Shown piece by piece: positions 20,195 to 29,451 of a stretch of 64,000 nt of DNA. The stretch spans positions 8,587-72,586 of the forward strand of contig DFNJ01000027.1 in the NCBI GenBank assembly GCA_002376005.1, given 5' to 3'. Position 1 is the first letter of the stretch. Each line of letters starts with the position of its first letter. The notes under the pieces are model-generated. The model saw nothing but the letters and a program-made list of their open reading frames with translations. It ran no database searches and was not told where the DNA came from. Both the position numbers and the translations under genes were made by a program. The DNA is from Firmicutes bacterium UBA3570 (GTDB lineage Bacteria; Bacillota; Sulfobacillia; UBA3561).

Positions 20195-20695
20195 GTGCTC
20201 ACTTTGCTGCACGAGAAAGTAGACCAAACCCTCTTCCGACTAAAGGAGGCCTGTCTGGCTGTATACGGTTCCAGACTGGTCTCACTGGTCGTTTTTGGTT
20301 CTGTGGGCAGAGGAACGCCCCGGTTTGATTCCGATATCGACCTTCTGCTGGTGGCCGACGACCTCCCGAGGGGACGGTTGAAGCGAGTGCACGAGTTTGC
20401 TCGGGTGGAAGAGAAACTCTGCCCGTGGTTCGAAGAGCTTTCTGCACTGGGCTTGGATTTTTCGTTGTCCCCCGTTTTCAAGACCCCGGCGGAGGTGGAA
20501 GCGGGCTCGTTGCTATTCCTGGACATGATTGATGACCGCCGCATTCTTTATGACAGGAAGGATTTCTTCGCCAGTTACCTGGAGAGACTTGCCCGCAGGT
20601 TACGGGAACTCGGTGCCTATAAGGTCCAGGAAGGAAGCCGGTGGCACTGGGTGCTGAAGCCTGATTACCGCCCAGGGGAGGTCTTTGAGATTTGA
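20195..20695 (+). CDS. Nucleotidyltransferase (MNT) antitoxin-like protein
   Basis: VFGSVGRG...SDIDLLLV; start approximate (GTG 20195 or TTG 20204). Confidence 0.85.
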   Translation: MLTLLHEKVDQTLFRLKEACLAVYGSRLVSLVVFGSVGRGTPRFDSDIDLLLVADDLPRGRLKRVHEFARVEEKLCPWFEELSALGLDFSLSPVFKTPAEVEAGSLLFLDMIDDRRILYDRKDFFASYLERLARRLRELGAYKVQEGSRWHWVLKPDYRPGEVFEI

Positions 20696-21108
20696 ACAAC
20701 ATCACCCTGGCTCAAAGCTACCTGCAGAAAGCCTCTGTGCGTCTCAAGGTGCTTGATTTGCTGTTGGCCGAAAAGGCGTACTCCGATGTGATCCGCGAGG
20801 CTCAGGAAGCGGTGGAACTGGCGCTTAAGGGCATTCTCCGCCAGATTGGGGTAGAACCGCCGAAGCAGCATGACGTCGGACGCCTGGTGGTGGAATACGC
20901 CCGAAGCCTACCCCCCGATGTCCGGGAGGATGCGCCGCGACTGGCCGAGATATCCAGGTGGTTGCGCAAGGAGCGCGAGTTTGCCTTTTATGGAGACGTG
21001 GATTTTATCCCTACTGAGGAGTACACGCTGCAGGACGCTGAGCAAGCTCGTCGAGATTGTGCCTTCGTGGTTCAGGTAGCAAGGAGGGTGATCGCCGGCG
21101 GGCGCTAG
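20692..21108 (+). CDS. HEPN domain protein (COG2250-like)
   Basis: AQEAVELALKG, PPKQHDV, RKEREFAFYGD; TTGA overlap with MNT. Confidence 0.85.
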   Translation: MNNITLAQSYLQKASVRLKVLDLLLAEKAYSDVIREAQEAVELALKGILRQIGVEPPKQHDVGRLVVEYARSLPPDVREDAPRLAEISRWLRKEREFAFYGDVDFIPTEEYTLQDAEQARRDCAFVVQVARRVIAGGR

Positions 21109-21279
21109 CCTTGACCTCGGTGTCGGGGCTGGGCCTTATGCAATCACTCGTAGCGACCTCGGCCTGCCCACGGCACTTTGCCCCTGTTTTGTTCAGGGAG
21201 GGCATCTCAGCCGACCCCGCTGGTGGGTGTCGTTGGTTCGCCTGCCCAGCTCCCGTACGCCCTCAGAGCACGGGAGGCA

Positions 21280-21912
21280 TTAACGTCCGATCTCGATGTA
21301 GGTTGAGGGCACTTGCCCCAGGATCACTGCCGAGGCCACCGGCGAGGTACTGCTGACGGTGACCTCGCCGCGCACGAAGGGGACTATTACCATTATCTCT
21401 ACCGTGACCAGAACTGACACCACGTGTCGGGTCTGATTGATGCCGGCTTCCTCGAAATATTCCTTAATGTCGGCGGTGACTGTGCCGGTGGGAATCAGGG
21501 TTATCGGCAGTCTGGGCCCCCATGTCGCCAACAGTTTCGACCCGAAGATGGCACCCAGGGGTACTTCTACCCTCCAGGGCTTCATCGCTTCCAGGCGTTG
21601 CTTGACCGCTAGGACGGTGGAGTAGGCAATGCGATTGATGGCGGGAGTGTTAGCCTGTATCATGACCACTCGGCCGGTCTCGTCCGTGTGCACCTGGAAG
21701 AGCTCGCGGTAGTCCACCGCGCGGGCCACCTGTTCATCCACTACCGCATTGATGATCTCAGTGGCCGCCAGCGCTGCCCGGACTTCGGCCAGTGCCATTA
21801 CCATGGGCCGGATTTGGAACTCCACCGTCCAGAGGCACAGGGCGGATGTCAGGATGACCACCAACACCACCCACCGCCAGCTCGCCCGTCGCCATCTGCG
21901 TCGCCTGCCCAC
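21280..21912 (-). CDS. yunB: Sporulation protein YunB
   Basis: VPLG.IFG...LA..GP.LP, F.EAGINQTRH, G.VP..Y. Confidence 0.92.
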   Translation of the reverse strand: MGRRRRWRRASWRWVVLVVILTSALCLWTVEFQIRPMVMALAEVRAALAATEIINAVVDEQVARAVDYRELFQVHTDETGRVVMIQANTPAINRIAYSTVLAVKQRLEAMKPWRVEVPLGAIFGSKLLATWGPRLPITLIPTGTVTADIKEYFEEAGINQTRHVVSVLVTVEIMVIVPFVRGEVTVSSTSPVASAVILGQVPSTYIEIGR

Positions 21913-21930
21913 GGGGGTCGCCTCCGCAAC

Positions 21931-21959
21931 AGTATATGTCGGCCGCCGGGCATACGGAC
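21931..21959 (-). promoter_or_regulatory. Possible sigma-E promoter for yunB
   Basis: GTCCGTA-N14-CATATACT on the minus strand; good -10, weak -35. Confidence 0.35.
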
Positions 21960-21964
21960 GCTGC

Positions 21965-23176
21965 TTAACTCAGTCGGACGCGGAAGAACCGGCGCTTGCC
22001 CACCTGGATCAGTGCCCCGTCCCTAAGGTTGACGGTCTGCAGTTCCTCTTGAACCCTCACCCCATCCAGTCGCACCGCTCCCTGCCTGATTAGACGGCGC
22101 GCCTGGCTCCGGGACCTGACCGCCCCCAGGGCTTCCAGCAGATCGATGGCGGTGAGGGCGCGATCAGAGGACCCCAACGATACCTCGGGAATGTGGTCGG
22201 GAAGGGCCCCCTCGCGGAAGACCCTCACGAACTCTTCCTGGGCCCGATCCGCCTGTTCGCGGCCGTGGTACAGTGCCGTGATGCGGTGGGCGAGCTTCAT
22301 CTTGGCGTCGCGGGGGTGTAGCTGGCCGGAACGCAGCATGGTCTCGATCCTGTCGCATTCCGCGGGACCCAGGTCGGTGGTGAGGCGGTAGTACTCCATC
22401 ATCACCTCGTCCGGCAGCGACATCACCTTGCCGTACATTTCGTCAGGGGGGTCGTTGATGGCCACGTAGTTGCCCAGCGACTTGGACATCTTCTGCCGAC
22501 CGTCGGTACCGACGAGCAGGGGCATGGTGATTGCCACCTGCGGTTCGAGACCGTATTCGCGCTGGATATCGCGGGTTAGCAGAAAGTTGAATGTCTGGTC
22601 GGTGCCGCCCAGCTCCACGTCGATGCGCAGGGCAACCGAGTCGTAGGCTTGAGCCAGCGGGTAGAGCAGCTCGTGCATGCTGACCGGCTGTTCCGCCCGA
22701 AGGCGCTTCTGAAAATCGTCCCGCTCCAGCATCCGCGCCACGGTGTACTTGGAGGCCAATTTGATGACGTCCGCGAACCGGAGCGACCCCAGCCAGTCGT
22801 TATTGAACACTACTCTGGTCTTGTCCGGATCCAGGATCTTGAAGACCTGCTCCCGGTAGGTCTCCGCATTCCGCTGGACTTCTTCCTCGCTGAGCTGTCT
22901 GCGCGTCCGCGACTGTCCGCTGGGATCCCCGATTCTGCCAGTGAAGTCCCCGATGACGAAGTACACCAGGTGCCCGAGATCTTGGAACTGGCGCAGCTTC
23001 CTCAGCGGCACTGTATGCCCCAGGTGTATATCGGGCGCACTGGGATCGGCACCCAGCTTCACGCGCAGGGGCCGCCCTTCCATGGTTGCCCTTTCCAGCT
23101 TGCGGCGCAACTCCTCGCGGGTGATCACATCCGCGGTCCCATGGCAGAGGAGATCCAGCTGCTCGCTGATCTGCAT
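21965..23176 (-). CDS. tyrS: Tyrosine--tRNA ligase
   Basis: GADPSAPDIHLGH (HIGH), YPLAQAYD, GGTDQ, KMSKS, C-terminal S4 domain. Confidence 0.97.
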   Translation of the reverse strand: MQISEQLDLLCHGTADVITREELRRKLERATMEGRPLRVKLGADPSAPDIHLGHTVPLRKLRQFQDLGHLVYFVIGDFTGRIGDPSGQSRTRRQLSEEEVQRNAETYREQVFKILDPDKTRVVFNNDWLGSLRFADVIKLASKYTVARMLERDDFQKRLRAEQPVSMHELLYPLAQAYDSVALRIDVELGGTDQTFNFLLTRDIQREYGLEPQVAITMPLLVGTDGRQKMSKSLGNYVAINDPPDEMYGKVMSLPDEVMMEYYRLTTDLGPAECDRIETMLRSGQLHPRDAKMKLAHRITALYHGREQADRAQEEFVRVFREGALPDHIPEVSLGSSDRALTAIDLLEALGAVRSRSQARRLIRQGAVRLDGVRVQEELQTVNLRDGALIQVGKRRFFRVRLS

Positions 23177-23194
23177 CTTTTCTTTCCTACCTCC

Positions 23195-23308
23195 CTCCAT
23201 ATCCGGAGACACCCTACCCCGGTACGCGGGGATCTCCCGAAACCACGGGATTCGCCCCCGCAGGGCTGCGGATGCCCATGCTACGGCGGGCCGACGGAGT
23301 TCGGTGCC
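23195..23308 (-). promoter_or_regulatory. Structured 5' leader of tyrS (four hairpins within a closing stem; not a canonical T-box)
   Basis: Hairpins at 23274-23291, 23258-23271, 23235-23250 and 23217-23231; GGCACC/GGUGUC closing stem. Confidence 0.5.
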
Positions 23309-23311
23309 AAT

Positions 23312-23340
23312 AGAATAGCACACCGGTGGCGTGGCGACAA
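23312..23340 (-). promoter_or_regulatory. sigma-A-like promoter for tyrS
   Basis: TTGTCG-N17-TATTCT with extended TG. Confidence 0.6.
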
Positions 23341-23377
23341 GGATTGGCCGCCAGCGCGCCAACAGCACCGGACGGGC

Positions 23378-23407
23378 GAATAGGGACATCGAGGCCGTGG
23401 CAGGGTA
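23378..23407 (+). promoter_or_regulatory. sigma-F/G-like promoter for bofC
   Basis: GAATA-N18-CAGGGTA; bofC is forespore-expressed in Bacillus. Confidence 0.45.
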
Positions 23408-23426
23408 TTACCAGGAGGTAGGGGTG

Positions 23427-23945
23427 ATGGCAGAACCCGCGCACCGCTGGGCTGGCGTGGCGGGCATACCTGCGCTCCTTTTGGTGTTATTGCTCTGGTG
23501 GTGGGCGTTCCCGCAAGCCAAGGTCCATACCGAGGTCACGCTGCAGCCGGGGGCCACCATTACCTACCGCACCGAGTACCGCTGGTGCGGCCACCATTCT
23601 ACCATTTCGGTACCCGCCGGATCGACCCTGGTAGGAGCGGACGCATCCCGGATACGAGAGTTACTGCCGGGCTGGCATCTGAGGTACATGGATGCGTCAT
23701 CCGTGCTACTGGTGCGCTCGGTGGAGGCTCTGTGCCCGGAGGATGCCCCATACCGCACGGTGGTCCTTCGGGAGGGGCGGGTGGCGGTATATTACGGTCG
23801 CCGCCCCCATGAGGAGGCAATCAAGGAAATCACTCACCTGCGGGAGGAGGATCTGTTGGACGCGGACAAGGCCCGCCTGCGCCAGGGCGTGGTGGTACGG
23901 GGTGACCAAGAGGTCCGACGTCTTCTGGAGGGTTTGATTGACTGA
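23427..23945 (+). CDS. bofC: BofC C-terminal domain protein
   Basis: N-terminal TM, Y..CGH, LCPE, G.VAVYYG, L..GV.V....E...LLE; located upstream of the ruv genes. Confidence 0.75.
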   Translation: MAEPAHRWAGVAGIPALLLVLLLWWWAFPQAKVHTEVTLQPGATITYRTEYRWCGHHSTISVPAGSTLVGADASRIRELLPGWHLRYMDASSVLLVRSVEALCPEDAPYRTVVLREGRVAVYYGRRPHEEAIKEITHLREEDLLDADKARLRQGVVVRGDQEVRRLLEGLID

Positions 23946-23983
23946 GCCGGCGAGCGGGGAGGAATGCAGTACCACCTCGTAGA

Positions 23984-24014
23984 ACCTGGCCTCGGTGAGG
24001 CCTGGTCCTTTTTC
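23984..24014 (+). terminator. Intrinsic terminator-like hairpin between bofC and ruvC
   Basis: ACCTGGCCTC-GGT-GAGGCCTGGT followed by CCTTTTTC. Confidence 0.55.
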
Positions 24015-24028
24015 TGGGGGTGTCCCAT

Positions 24029-24529
24029 CTGACAGTCCTGGGCATTGATCCGGGCACGGCGGTGACCGGCTATGGTGTAGTGCGCCAGGACGGTACCAAG
24101 CTGACCGCGCTGGATTACGGATGCGTTCGCACCGACAGCAAGGCATCGCTTCCCCATCGCCTGCTGAAACTTTACCGGGAGCTCAGCGCACTGATTGGCC
24201 GATTCAGCCCCGATGCAGTGGCGGTGGAACAAATCTTCTTCAATCGCAATGTCAGGTCTGCCCTGGCGGTGGGCCAGGCGCGGGGAGTGGCGCTGCTGGC
24301 CGCGGCTCGTGCCGATGTTCCGGTCCTGGAGTACACTCCGCTTGAGGTGAAGCAGGCAGTGGTCGGATACGGCCGGGCGGATAAGTGCCAGGTTCAGCGT
24401 ATGGTGATGGCCGTACTCAGGTTGCCAGAGACGCCGGCGCCAGACGACGTGGCCGATGCACTGGCGGTGGCGGTGTGCTGCCTGCACAGTCGCGCCACCC
24501 GCCGGCGTTGGGAGGGGGAGGGCGCTTGA
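24029..24529 (+). CDS. ruvC: Holliday junction resolvase RuvC
   Basis: LGIDPG, AVEQIFF, GQARG, GYGRADK, DDVADALAVA; likely CTG start at 24029 (alternative GTG 24020). Confidence 0.96.
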   Translation: MTVLGIDPGTAVTGYGVVRQDGTKLTALDYGCVRTDSKASLPHRLLKLYRELSALIGRFSPDAVAVEQIFFNRNVRSALAVGQARGVALLAAARADVPVLEYTPLEVKQAVVGYGRADKCQVQRMVMAVLRLPETPAPDDVADALAVAVCCLHSRATRRRWEGEGA

Positions 24530-25146
24530 TTGCCCAGCTGGTGGGGGAAGTGGTGGCCAAGGGGGTCGACCGGGTCCTGGTGGCCGTGGGAGGTGTGGTC
24601 CTCCAGGTGTGGGTCCCCGCGGGCACGGCACAACGCCTGGGCGCGGTGGGCAGCCAGGTCCGGTTGTGGACTCATGTCCGCATACGCGATGAGATCCCCG
24701 AGATATACGGATTCGATACCGAGGAGCAGAAACGGCTGTTCGAGATTTTGCTCACGGTTTCTGGTGTGGGGCCCAAGGCGGCGCTGGGCATCCTGGGAGC
24801 CATATCACCGGCCGAGTTCCACCGTTGCGTGGTGCTGGAGGACATGGAGGCCCTGACCGAGCTGCCGGGTATAGGAAAGAAGACCGCCCGTCGGATCTTG
24901 GCGGAACTGAAGGACAGGATGGCAGCGGGAGTCCTCAGCGCCAGCCGCTCGGAAGTGCCGTTGACGGCCGGCAGCGAATGGGAGGAGGCGGTCAGCGCCC
25001 TGGTGGCTCTTGGGTACGGCCGGATGGAGGCGGCGCGGGCAGTGCAACGGGCGCGGTCGCAGGCAGGAGAGGAGGTGCCCGTGGAGGAGCTGGTTCGGCG
25101 CGCATTGAAGCTGCTGGGCCGAGACCGGATGGCCGGGGAAGGGTGA
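24526..25146 (+). CDS. ruvA: Holliday junction DNA-binding protein RuvA
   Basis: [34 protein letters not shown]. Confidence 0.95.
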   Translation: MIAQLVGEVVAKGVDRVLVAVGGVVLQVWVPAGTAQRLGAVGSQVRLWTHVRIRDEIPEIYGFDTEEQKRLFEILLTVSGVGPKAALGILGAISPAEFHRCVVLEDMEALTELPGIGKKTARRILAELKDRMAAGVLSASRSEVPLTAGSEWEEAVSALVALGYGRMEAARAVQRARSQAGEEVPVEELVRRALKLLGRDRMAGEG

Positions 25147-25150
25147 TAGC

Positions 25151-26206
25151 GTGGGTCGGACGAGTCGAAGAGACGAGGACCGCATATTGGCCCGGAGGGC
25201 GCGCGATGCCGAAGAGGTTCGGCTGGAGTCCACCTTAAGGCCGCGTACCCTCCAGGAGTTCATTGGGCAGGAGCGGATAAAGGAGCGCCTGGCCATATTC
25301 ATCCGAGCAGCGCGCGAACGGGATGAAGCGCTGGACCACGTGCTGCTGTACGGCCCTCCTGGTCTCGGTAAGACCACCCTTGCCTACGTGATTGCCAATG
25401 AGATGGGCGTGAACCTCAGGGTGACGTCGGGGCCCGCCATCGAGCGACCCGGCGACCTGGCAGCAATACTCACCAACCTGGAAGACAGAGACGTCCTGTT
25501 CATAGATGAGATCCACCGATTGCACCGCACGGTGGAGGAGATCCTGTATCCAGCGCTGGAGGAGTACGCATTGGACATCGTGCTGGGGAAGGGTCCCAGC
25601 GCACGCACTCTTCGCCTGGACCTGCCCCGCTTCACCCTGATCGGCGCCACCACCAGGGCAGGCCTCATTACCTCGCCCTTGCGAGACCGGTTCGGGGTGA
25701 TAAGTCGGCTGGACTATTACACCCCCGACGAGCTGCAGGCGATCGTGCTGCGTTCCGCCCGCATCCTGGGGGTGGAGATAGATGAAGAAGGGGCACGGGA
25801 GGTGGCCAAGCGGGCTAGAGGCACGCCCAGGGTGGCCAACCGCCTGCTCAGACGCTTACGGGACTATGCCCAGGTGATGGCCGATGGCGTGGTGACGGGA
25901 GAGGTCGCCCGGGCGGGACTGAAGATGCTGGAGGTCGATGAGCTGGGATTGGATCGCATTGACCTGAAGCTGCTGCAGGCGATAATCACCAAGTATCGCG
26001 GTGGCCCGGTGGGGCTGGAGACCATCGCTGCCGCGGTGAGCGAGGAACCGGAGACCATCGAGGACGTTTACGAGCCCTACCTGATGCAGATCGGTTTCCT
26101 GCAGCGCACGCCGCGGGGGCGAGTGGCCACCGAGCTCGCCTACCGACACTTAGGTGTGTCGCCAGGTCATCCGGTACAGGAGAAGCTGTGGAGGGACGAG
26201 GGCTGA
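25151..26206 (+). CDS. ruvB: Holliday junction branch migration ATPase RuvB
   Basis: [32 protein letters not shown]. Confidence 0.98.
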   Translation: MGRTSRRDEDRILARRARDAEEVRLESTLRPRTLQEFIGQERIKERLAIFIRAARERDEALDHVLLYGPPGLGKTTLAYVIANEMGVNLRVTSGPAIERPGDLAAILTNLEDRDVLFIDEIHRLHRTVEEILYPALEEYALDIVLGKGPSARTLRLDLPRFTLIGATTRAGLITSPLRDRFGVISRLDYYTPDELQAIVLRSARILGVEIDEEGAREVAKRARGTPRVANRLLRRLRDYAQVMADGVVTGEVARAGLKMLEVDELGLDRIDLKLLQAIITKYRGGPVGLETIAAAVSEEPETIEDVYEPYLMQIGFLQRTPRGRVATELAYRHLGVSPGHPVQEKLWRDEG

Positions 26207-26733
26207 AGATACTGGTGCACGTGTGTTGTGCTCCCTGTTTTCTGGCGGTGGAGCGTCATCTGGAGGGCACCCGGCTGCGTCCTGTCCTGTACTTCCATAA
26301 CCCCAACATCCACCCGTATCGGGAATACGAGCGCCGGCTGAGGGCGCTTCGGGAGTACGCCGAGACGCGGGGCCTACCGCTGGAAGTGGGAGGCTATGCG
26401 TACGTGGATTTCTTGCGGCGGGCTCTGGTGGACCCCCGGAGACCGGCTCGCTGCCGGGTTTGCTATCAGATGCGGCTGCAAGCTGCCAGTTGTCAGGCCG
26501 TATCGGCGGGAGCTGAGTATTTCACCAGTACCCTGCTGGCCAGTCCGTACCAGGATCACGAGATGGTACGGCGGCTGGGCGAAGAAACGGCTCGGCAGAG
26601 CGGAACCGCCTGGTATTACGCTGACTTTCGCCAGCACTGGTCGTGGGCGCAGGGTCGGGCTCGCCAGCTGGGAATGTACCGGCAGGGATATTGCGGATGC
26701 ATTTTCAGCGAGGAGGAGAGGTACGCCCGATGA
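26203..26733 (+). CDS. queH: Epoxyqueuosine reductase QueH
   Basis: [31 protein letters not shown]; start CTG 26203 or GTG 26188. Confidence 0.92.
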   Translation: MKILVHVCCAPCFLAVERHLEGTRLRPVLYFHNPNIHPYREYERRLRALREYAETRGLPLEVGGYAYVDFLRRALVDPRRPARCRVCYQMRLQAASCQAVSAGAEYFTSTLLASPYQDHEMVRRLGEETARQSGTAWYYADFRQHWSWAQGRARQLGMYRQGYCGCIFSEEERYAR

Positions 26734-26951
26734 ACGGGGTTGAGTTGGGACGTCTGCTACTGGTGATCGGACTCATCGTGGCCCTGCTGGGGGCGGTTTT
26801 GACCTTCGGCGGGGGACGGCTACGACTGGGCCGGCTGCCAGGAGATATCTATATTCGCCGAGACGGGTTCGTCTTCTACTTCCCCCTGGCCACGTGCCTG
26901 GTGGCCAGTTTGGTGCTGTCAGCAATCTTGATGCTGGTGTTCCGCCGATGA
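26730..26951 (+). CDS. DUF2905 small membrane protein
   Basis: LGRLPGDI.I....FYFPL.TC. Confidence 0.88.
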   Translation: MNGVELGRLLLVIGLIVALLGAVLTFGGGRLRLGRLPGDIYIRRDGFVFYFPLATCLVASLVLSAILMLVFRR

Positions 26952-28306
26952 GAGGGTGGGCATCCTTCGTGCTCCCGAGGGTGCTTTGCGCGGCGGTCAT
27001 GGCGTGGTCGGTGACTGCCGCAGCAGCTGCCGGTTTGTCCGTCGCTGCTGGTGAGCCGGACATCAGGGTGCTGCTTGACCGGGGAAGGGCACTGCGGGTG
27101 AGCGTTGAGGGGCCGCACCAGCTGTATTCCGCGGGAGTCCCGCTGGTGGCGCAGCCAAGGCAGGCCACTTGGGAGATTCATGCCGCGGACGGAGCGGCTC
27201 GGTTGTTCCGCAACGGCAGGTATTTCGGGCCAGCACGGTTTCCTCTCGTCTTCCAACCCGCCAGTGCGGGACTCATCCGGGTTGGAGATGGCCGCTATCG
27301 CGGCACTCTGGAGGTGGTGGCTGAATCCTCCGACCTGTTGGCGATAAACGTACTCAGCCTGGAGGAGTATCTTTACGGAGTGGTGGGCTGTGAGATGCCC
27401 GTCAGTTGGCCTCTGGAGGCCCTCAAGGCGCAGGCGGTGGCCTGTCGGACGTACGCGGTGTCGCATCGCGCCCAAGCTCGGCGCGCCGGGTTCCCCTACG
27501 ACCTGGGGGCGACGGCGGCATGGCAGGTGTACCGGGGCGTGGAGCGGGAGAGTGCCCGGGTGCGGGCTGCCGTTGACGGCACCCGCGGGCAGATCCTCAC
27601 CTACGCGGGATCCCCCATAAGGGCTGTTTACCACTCTTCCTCGGGCGGCCACACCGCATCCAGCCAGGAGGTCTGGGGAGTGGACTACCCCTACCTGCAA
27701 GCAGTGCCGGATCACGATCAGGATTCGCCTTACGCCTTCTGGAGCGAGGCTGTGCCCATGGAGGTCATCCAGGAAGTGGTGGCAGCGGTAGCAGGGGACG
27801 ACGTCATGGTGACCGCCGTGGAGCCAGTAGGTCCTCGCAGTGTATCCGGACGATGGCCCAAAATACGGATACGATGGGAGACCGGTGAGTTGGTGATGTC
27901 GGCCGGCGACTTCCGGCTTCGGGTGGGGCTGCCCAGTACCGTGTGGGAAGAGGTTACCGTGGTGTTGTCGGAAGATGAGGTCGATGCTGTGGCCAGGCTG
28001 GACTTCGTGGACCCGGTCAGTATCCTGGACGCGCGGGGACGCACCGTTCGCAAGGTGGTGGGGGGAAACACGGCGGTGGCGGCGGGTGGTCGGACCAAAC
28101 TATTGATTCGGCCGTACGTCCTCGTCCGGCGCACGGTAGCCGCTCATGTCTTGTTCCGTGGTCGTGGGTGGGGGCATGGAGTGGGGATGTCGCAGTGGGG
28201 AGCTAAAGCGCTTGCCGAACGGGGGTGGACCTACCGGCGGATCCTCCAGTATTATTACCCCGGTACCCGACTCGACACAGCTAGGTGGTCATGGGGGGAG
28301 CCATGA
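26948..28306 (+). CDS. SpoIID/LytB domain lytic transglycosylase
   Basis: LEEYLYGVV.CEMP.SW..EALKAQAVA.RTY, YHSSSGGHT, GWGHGVGMSQWGA, ILQYYYPG. Confidence 0.92.
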   Translation: MRGWASFVLPRVLCAAVMAWSVTAAAAAGLSVAAGEPDIRVLLDRGRALRVSVEGPHQLYSAGVPLVAQPRQATWEIHAADGAARLFRNGRYFGPARFPLVFQPASAGLIRVGDGRYRGTLEVVAESSDLLAINVLSLEEYLYGVVGCEMPVSWPLEALKAQAVACRTYAVSHRAQARRAGFPYDLGATAAWQVYRGVERESARVRAAVDGTRGQILTYAGSPIRAVYHSSSGGHTASSQEVWGVDYPYLQAVPDHDQDSPYAFWSEAVPMEVIQEVVAAVAGDDVMVTAVEPVGPRSVSGRWPKIRIRWETGELVMSAGDFRLRVGLPSTVWEEVTVVLSEDEVDAVARLDFVDPVSILDARGRTVRKVVGGNTAVAAGGRTKLLIRPYVLVRRTVAAHVLFRGRGWGHGVGMSQWGAKALAERGWTYRRILQYYYPGTRLDTARWSWGEP

Positions 28307-29331
28307 CGGAACTCCGGTTGTTTGACTATCACCTCCCGGAAGAGCGCATAGCCCAGGAGCCCGCGGAGCCGCGGGATCACTCACGGCTGATGGTTCTGGA
28401 CCGGGCCGAACGTTCCATCACCCACCACGTATTTCGCGACTTGCCCAAGCTGCTGGGCCCGGCCGATCTGCTGGTCCTCAACGACACACGGGTGATACCC
28501 GCCCGACTCCAGGGCACGAAACGGGGTACGGGGGGGAAAGCGGAGATCCTGCTGCTGGAGGAAATGGGAGGCGGATGGTGGAAGGCGATGGTGCGCCCTG
28601 GGCGGCGGCTTCCCCCGGGAACGGAAGTAGATGTGGCGGGGGGAGAGGTGGTATGCCTGGTGGGCGAGCGGTTGCCCGAAGGGCTCCGCAAGGTACGCCT
28701 GGAGCCACCCCTGGGCGCTGAAGATCTCGGGCGCTTTGCCAGCTACGCCCTCCCCCCTTACATAAAGCGGTACCCCCGCGATCCGGAGCGCTACCAGACG
28801 GTGTATGCAAAGGTGCCCGGATCGGTGGCTGCTCCTACTGCCGGATTGCATTTCACCTCTAGGCTACTGGATGAGCTGCAGCGACGCGGCGTGGGACTGG
28901 CCTGGGTCACCCTCCACGTGGGACCAGGTACCTTTCGACCCATCAGGACCGAGAACATCAAGGAGCACCGGATGCACTCCGAGAGGTTCCGGGTGGAGGG
29001 TGAGGTACTCAGACAGCTTAGCCGTACTCGACGGCAAGGGGGACGGATCGTGGCGGTGGGCACCACGGTGGTCCGGGTGCTGGAGAGCATAGCGGATCAG
29101 CTGGACCGGGAAGCGGCGGGCGTCGAGGGGGCTACGGATTTGATGATCGTGCCGGGGCACCGCTTCCGTGCTGTGGATGCTCTCATCACTAACTTTCACC
29201 TGCCCCGATCCACGACTCTGGTGCTGGTGGCGGCCTTCGCGGGGAGGGAGCTGCTGCTCGAGGCCTACGAGGTGGCGTTGCGCAGCGGATACCGTTTCCT
29301 GAGCTTCGGGGATGCCATGCTCATCGTCTGA
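28303..29331 (+). CDS. queA: S-adenosylmethionine:tRNA ribosyltransferase-isomerase
   Basis: FDYHLP..IAQ.P, NDTRV, LPPYI, YQTVYA, AAPTAGLHF, TNFHLP, SFGDAM. Confidence 0.97.
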   Translation: MTELRLFDYHLPEERIAQEPAEPRDHSRLMVLDRAERSITHHVFRDLPKLLGPADLLVLNDTRVIPARLQGTKRGTGGKAEILLLEEMGGGWWKAMVRPGRRLPPGTEVDVAGGEVVCLVGERLPEGLRKVRLEPPLGAEDLGRFASYALPPYIKRYPRDPERYQTVYAKVPGSVAAPTAGLHFTSRLLDELQRRGVGLAWVTLHVGPGTFRPIRTENIKEHRMHSERFRVEGEVLRQLSRTRRQGGRIVAVGTTVVRVLESIADQLDREAAGVEGATDLMIVPGHRFRAVDALITNFHLPRSTTLVLVAAFAGRELLLEAYEVALRSGYRFLSFGDAMLIV

Positions 29332-29391
29332 GCCGTGGGAAGGTCGGCCTCGTGCGTGGATGGTGACCGGCGCGGGGATCCCATGGCCGAA

Positions 29392-29420
29392 TTGACGCTA
29401 CTGACCACCCATGGTATAAT
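29392..29420 (+). promoter_or_regulatory. Strong sigma-A promoter between queA and tgt
   Basis: TTGACG-N17-TATAAT with extended TG. Confidence 0.8.
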
Positions 29421-29451
29421 CCAGTGACTCTATCCGTGGTAGGGGAGAGCC

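Noticed and set aside
23195..23308. Canonical T-box riboswitch upstream of tyrS
   Set aside because: Only AGGGUG resembles the T-box; there is no UGGNACC, Stem I or terminator, and the leader is too short.
23964..24032. 22-codon ORF (MQYHLVEP..) spanning the hairpin before ruvC as a leader peptide
   Set aside because: GGAGG is only 1 nt from the ATG and there is no regulatory codon run.
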